NCBI GenBank assembly: GCA_965205025.1
Contig: CBDBFU010000026.1
Location: 96,001 to 160,000 of the forward strand
Length of the DNA: 64,000 nt
Source: Candidatus Poribacteria bacterium
GTDB taxonomy: Bacteria; Poribacteria; WGA-4E; WGA-3G
Reading direction: 5' to 3'
In this document: piece after piece, positions 60,451 to 64,000 of the stretch
Position numbering within the stretch: position 1 is the first letter of the stretch
Layout: every line of letters starts with the position of its first letter
Made by a program: the position numbers and the translations under genes
Notes under the pieces: generated by a model
Databases searched by the model: none
What the model was told of the DNA's origin: nothing
The model's input: the letters and a program-made list of their open reading frames with translations, nothing else

Positions 60451-60789
60451 TTAACCCATAGCAGCCATAACGATAAGACCGAGTGAGATAATGACACCTG
60501 CAACAGCCACACCCGCAGCAACGTTGTTCTCTTCCGCAATTTGTTTATTGAGATCATAAGGCGTTGCCATATCAAAAACCTTGTATCCGACCATAAGGAT
60601 TATTAAACCGACAATACTAAAGACGACGACTAATATAATATCACGTGTTATGCCTCTTAAGTCGAACATTGAGACTTCTTCAGCAGCACCTTCGTCCTGT
60701 GCACGAACTGTTGTTGTAAATACAGCGAATACACAGAGTGATATCATAACCAAGCAGATTGTTGTTGCTACGATACTTCGCGCTTTCAT
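60451..60789 (-). CDS. DUF350 family membrane protein
   Basis: GYKVFDMATPYDLNKQIAEENNVAAGV. Confidence 0.85.
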   Translation of the reverse strand: MKARSIVATTICLVMISLCVFAVFTTTVRAQDEGAAEEVSMFDLRGITRDIILVVVFSIVGLIILMVGYKVFDMATPYDLNKQIAEENNVAAGVAVAGVIISLGLIVMAAMG

Positions 60790-60914
60790 GATTCCTCCTG
60801 ACCCGGAATCTTTGTCCGGGTGATAGTTGTTATGTGAATACTATTGTTTGTAAACGAATGGTATTGCATTATACAACATACATTCAATATCAACACTAAC
60901 GAAATTGAAATTTG

Positions 60915-63900
60915 TTAATCATTTACGAGTAGAAACTGCATTTCAGCAGTAATATGTATCTGTTTAATCAGGATTGCGTCCCTTTCCGGTAGATAACACC
61001 ATCCTGATGAGACCTCTTCAAGAGAATCAACTTGAGGGATTTCAAAAGCCGAATCATCCCTATCATCATCACTCTCCGCAACTTGTGCCCGAATGTTTGA
61101 TGGAGCTTGTTCATGCCCTGTAATCAATGTATAACTTACTTCATTATCTGCGTAGTTTAATGTCCACTTAAATTCACCATTTCGAGATGTATTTGCTAAC
61201 GTTGGTGTAGCCCCTGAACTGAGATGAATTGATCCAGAAATCACTGTTTTCACACATGGGTCAAGTCCTCGAAGTGTGTATACATTAACCATAATATCTT
61301 CAGGATTAAGATGTGGACCTTTACCCTCAGTGCAATATCCATAGAACCCATCAGGATAGGTTCCCTTCAAGTCACCGTCTTCCCACTGTTGATACATTGC
61401 ACTTATGGTGATACCCTCAGCAACTTTCTGCCATTTTTCATCTTTGGAGTGTTGATTTAACCTTTGGAGAAAATAAGCATATACCAAACCGTTCCATTGT
61501 ACAGGCACACCAAGCCAAGAATGTGTATAAAAAGTAGTTCCGAATACAGGAATGGATGCATAACGCATTCCGGGACGATCAGGTAGATTCCAATGATATA
61601 GAAAGAGTAGTCCAACCTGTGCCCAATATTCCGCCCGTTTCAAATAAGATTTATTACCCAATACCTCATGTGCTTCAACATAAGCCCCGATTGCATGGGC
61701 AGCAGCCAGAATATCGGGTTCATATAACGGACATTCCCAAGCTTGTGCCCCACGTGGAACTACAAAACGGTCCATATAAGATAATGCTTTCTTTCCAGCC
61801 TCAAGTGATGATTTGTTGCCAGTTATACGAGCATGTTTCAAGAGTTTCAATGCATTTGATGCACAAGTTCCCAGAACTACATCCCCTTCGGTTCCAAGAC
61901 TCTTAGTCTGTTCTGTTGTGTGTTGAAAACCCCAACTACCATCTTCAGATTGTGATTCAATTATAGGGTATATTTCAGAGTCATAGTATTCCAAAGCATC
62001 CTCTATATGTCCATAATAAAATGGGAATTCTCCACTTAAAATATGGCATGAACCGCGTGCAGCCAATCCTCTGGGACCAGCATCAGCGATGGTCTTTTCT
62101 CCAATCTCTTTGACTCGCTCCAATACCTCATCAGATTTTGTAATTAAATAGTCATACCAAAGCAGAGTTGCAAATCCGGGTTCGTTATTAGCGGACCAAT
62201 CAACACAATGGCGTGATTGCCGTGTCTCCTCATCCCAGACAGAATACATGAATCCGTGTCTGGATAACAATAGTTCTTCTTCATCATTCCGAGGAGGTTC
62301 AAGTGGTTCAGGTGAACCGTAGGCAGAGGTCCAATGTGAAATTGCTTCTAAGATAGATGCATTACCATCAGCTATAATTTCACAATCCATATTGATTGGA
62401 CGGTCAGGTTTGATCGTATAAGGTTTTTCTGCCACTAATGTATTCTCTTTTACCCACTCTGGTATAGTTGGAATGAAAAGTCCCATGAGATGATTTCTTT
62501 CTTGATGATACCAGTTAGGGGAGGCAAATGTAGCAGAAAGTGATTGTGCTTCTCCATCCCAACAATGCATTGGGTCCCATGTGACACCAACCACTGATTT
62601 TTGTATTTCAACTGCCATAACGGGTATGGTAATTTTATATGGGTGTGGTACCAATCGGTTGTTTAGTGGTGGAGCAGCGTCACGGATGTTTGAAGATGGT
62701 TCATCATCTTCAAGAAATTCCAGACCGGGAAAAATGGCTGCTGTCTTCTTTTCACGAGTGCTTTTATGACCCGCATAGATTTCCGCAGATCTGAAAGAAA
62801 GAAGGTCTCTTTCCTGATCAGTAGATAAGTTATATTTTGCTTTGATCCGTTTTACATCCTCAGTGAGAATCAATTGTACCAGGAGCGTCCATTTAACACC
62901 ATCAGTGTCTGTGTGTTCACCCGTGATACGAATTATGGATTCTCCAAGACTGTTTCCAACCAATTGAACATCATTTGGAATAAAACGGAATTCTTGGCTA
63001 TTACCTTTAGAGAGATAACTTACCTCAGCAATCATCTTTGTAGTGGCAATCTGCTGATATGTGCTTCCTTTTGCCACATAAATAGCGATATATTCATATC
63101 CAACTTGGGAGGGTGCTTGTGATGATTTATTAATTTTTGCTTTCCCATTTTTTGACCGTGATTGATCATCATTATGGACAAGTATAACTCTAAGATGTTT
63201 ATTTCCTATTACTATATGCTTATTCTCTATGTAGGTATGGAGTTCAGGAACAACCTGCGCCTCAAGTTTCGGTTGTGCTGGACGAATTTGTATAACTCCT
63301 TTTATCCGTTCGTCAACCTGATGAGTTCGAGACTTGAGAGAGACAGAGAAATTCTGATCAGTTTGACGAGAGACACCGCGTGCATACCATACATAGGTAA
63401 CAGTATCACCAACTGCAAGGGGTTTAAGGTTGTGTGCATTTCGACCACGACGTAGTTTTATGTCATTAATGGTGAGACGTGTTTTACTATTTTTCCCCAG
63501 TGGTCCTGAGCCAGTATTTTTTATAGTACATTGAACTTCAAATGCTTCACCTGTAGTAACTACCGCTGCAGTTGAACCAATACTCACAATTTCTAATTTG
63601 GGTTGTGCAACATAAAGTGTTAATTCAATGGAATCGGTTTCAAACTGATTGTAGATATCAGCAGCAATTTCATGTGCAGGTGTAAAATCGTCTCGGTTGA
63701 ATTCAAACACAGCAGTATGATCTTCAGGAAGGTTTGCGATAGCAAGTCCACATTGAATCTCTAATGATTGTGGTTTCTGCTTTCCAGTCTTTTCCTCAGG
63801 TTCCGCAACATTATTTTGAGTAAGTTTGAGTAGTTTTGGATGTCCCCATAATGCCCATGCGTAGCTGCTATTTCCTTCAACATGACAACGGGTGAGAAAT

Positions 63901-64000
63901 GTAAGTTCAACTTGATTATCTGCAAAACGCGTAATATCTATAGTATTTTCATTCCAACTACACTCATTTGATAGTGATTCAAAAAGTTGTTCACCTGAGA
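60915..64000 (-). CDS. Large hypothetical protein (CARDB/Ig-like plus alpha/alpha-toroid); 5' end lies outside the window
   Basis: Frame stays open from the window edge through GTG 63710 to the stop at 60915; EVQCTIKNTGS (CARDB-like); QSEDGSW and A..TG...L..G.KAL helical repeats. Confidence 0.75.
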   Translation of the reverse strand, partial: SGEQLFESLSNECSWNENTIDITRFADNQVELTFLTRCHVEGNSSYAWALWGHPKLLKLTQNNVAEPEEKTGKQKPQSLEIQCGLAIANLPEDHTAVFEFNRDDFTPAHEIAADIYNQFETDSIELTLYVAQPKLEIVSIGSTAAVVTTGEAFEVQCTIKNTGSGPLGKNSKTRLTINDIKLRRGRNAHNLKPLAVGDTVTYVWYARGVSRQTDQNFSVSLKSRTHQVDERIKGVIQIRPAQPKLEAQVVPELHTYIENKHIVIGNKHLRVILVHNDDQSRSKNGKAKINKSSQAPSQVGYEYIAIYVAKGSTYQQIATTKMIAEVSYLSKGNSQEFRFIPNDVQLVGNSLGESIIRITGEHTDTDGVKWTLLVQLILTEDVKRIKAKYNLSTDQERDLLSFRSAEIYAGHKSTREKKTAAIFPGLEFLEDDEPSSNIRDAAPPLNNRLVPHPYKITIPVMAVEIQKSVVGVTWDPMHCWDGEAQSLSATFASPNWYHQERNHLMGLFIPTIPEWVKENTLVAEKPYTIKPDRPINMDCEIIADGNASILEAISHWTSAYGSPEPLEPPRNDEEELLLSRHGFMYSVWDEETRQSRHCVDWSANNEPGFATLLWYDYLITKSDEVLERVKEIGEKTIADAGPRGLAARGSCHILSGEFPFYYGHIEDALEYYDSEIYPIIESQSEDGSWGFQHTTEQTKSLGTEGDVVLGTCASNALKLLKHARITGNKSSLEAGKKALSYMDRFVVPRGAQAWECPLYEPDILAAAHAIGAYVEAHEVLGNKSYLKRAEYWAQVGLLFLYHWNLPDRPGMRYASIPVFGTTFYTHSWLGVPVQWNGLVYAYFLQRLNQHSKDEKWQKVAEGITISAMYQQWEDGDLKGTYPDGFYGYCTEGKGPHLNPEDIMVNVYTLRGLDPCVKTVISGSIHLSSGATPTLANTSRNGEFKWTLNYADNEVSYTLITGHEQAPSNIRAQVAESDDDRDDSAFEIPQVDSLEEVSSGWCYLPERDAILIKQIHITAEMQFLLVND

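Noticed and set aside
416-63455. Numerous short ORFs antisense or out of frame within long genes (e.g. 1585..1995, 3275..3727, 44251..44724, 53646..53831, 57100..57357)
   Set aside because: Shadow ORFs of well-supported genes, with no motifs; the repeated ones mirror duplicated coding DNA.
1-64000. CRISPR array, tRNA or rRNA genes
   Set aside because: No regularly spaced repeat-spacer series or recognisable tRNA/rRNA sequence; periodic repeats are coding (WD40, LRR, REQEKHL).

Overview
AT-rich bacterial chromosomal window from a diderm (it carries lpxC-fabZ, lpxA, mltG and uppP). The gene families point to Candidatus Poribacteria or a relative; this is inference from ECF-sigma/WD40 fusions, LamG, dockerin and internalin-like LRR proteins, PhyH dioxygenases, Uma2 nucleases and a recurring C-terminal 'V-x3-[GD]K-x4-W-[GA]-x-[LVM]K' tail. 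Contents in order: a tandem array of ECF sigma fusion genes (two complete sigma-WD40 fusions, one cut by the window edge) with matching ECF-type promoters; glpK plus a sigma54 two-component system; a GC-richer two-gene cassette between 18-bp direct repeats; a SpoIVB-like peptidase with a propeller partner; a ferredoxin-membrane-HSP20-like fusion overlapping bioA; housekeeping and envelope genes; an accessory zone after lpxA (triplicated lpxA-tail/Uma2 unit, decapitated toxin genes with intact partners); a translationally coupled ParA-ATPase/small alarmone synthetase pair (best candidate for an undescribed system); a complete IS982-family element with a 7-bp target duplication; and two LRR-metalloproteases sharing a 203-bp identical tail. 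Six genes, including lpxC, carry single-base frameshifts, mostly in homopolymers, most likely long-read assembly errors. No tRNA, rRNA or CRISPR array was seen.
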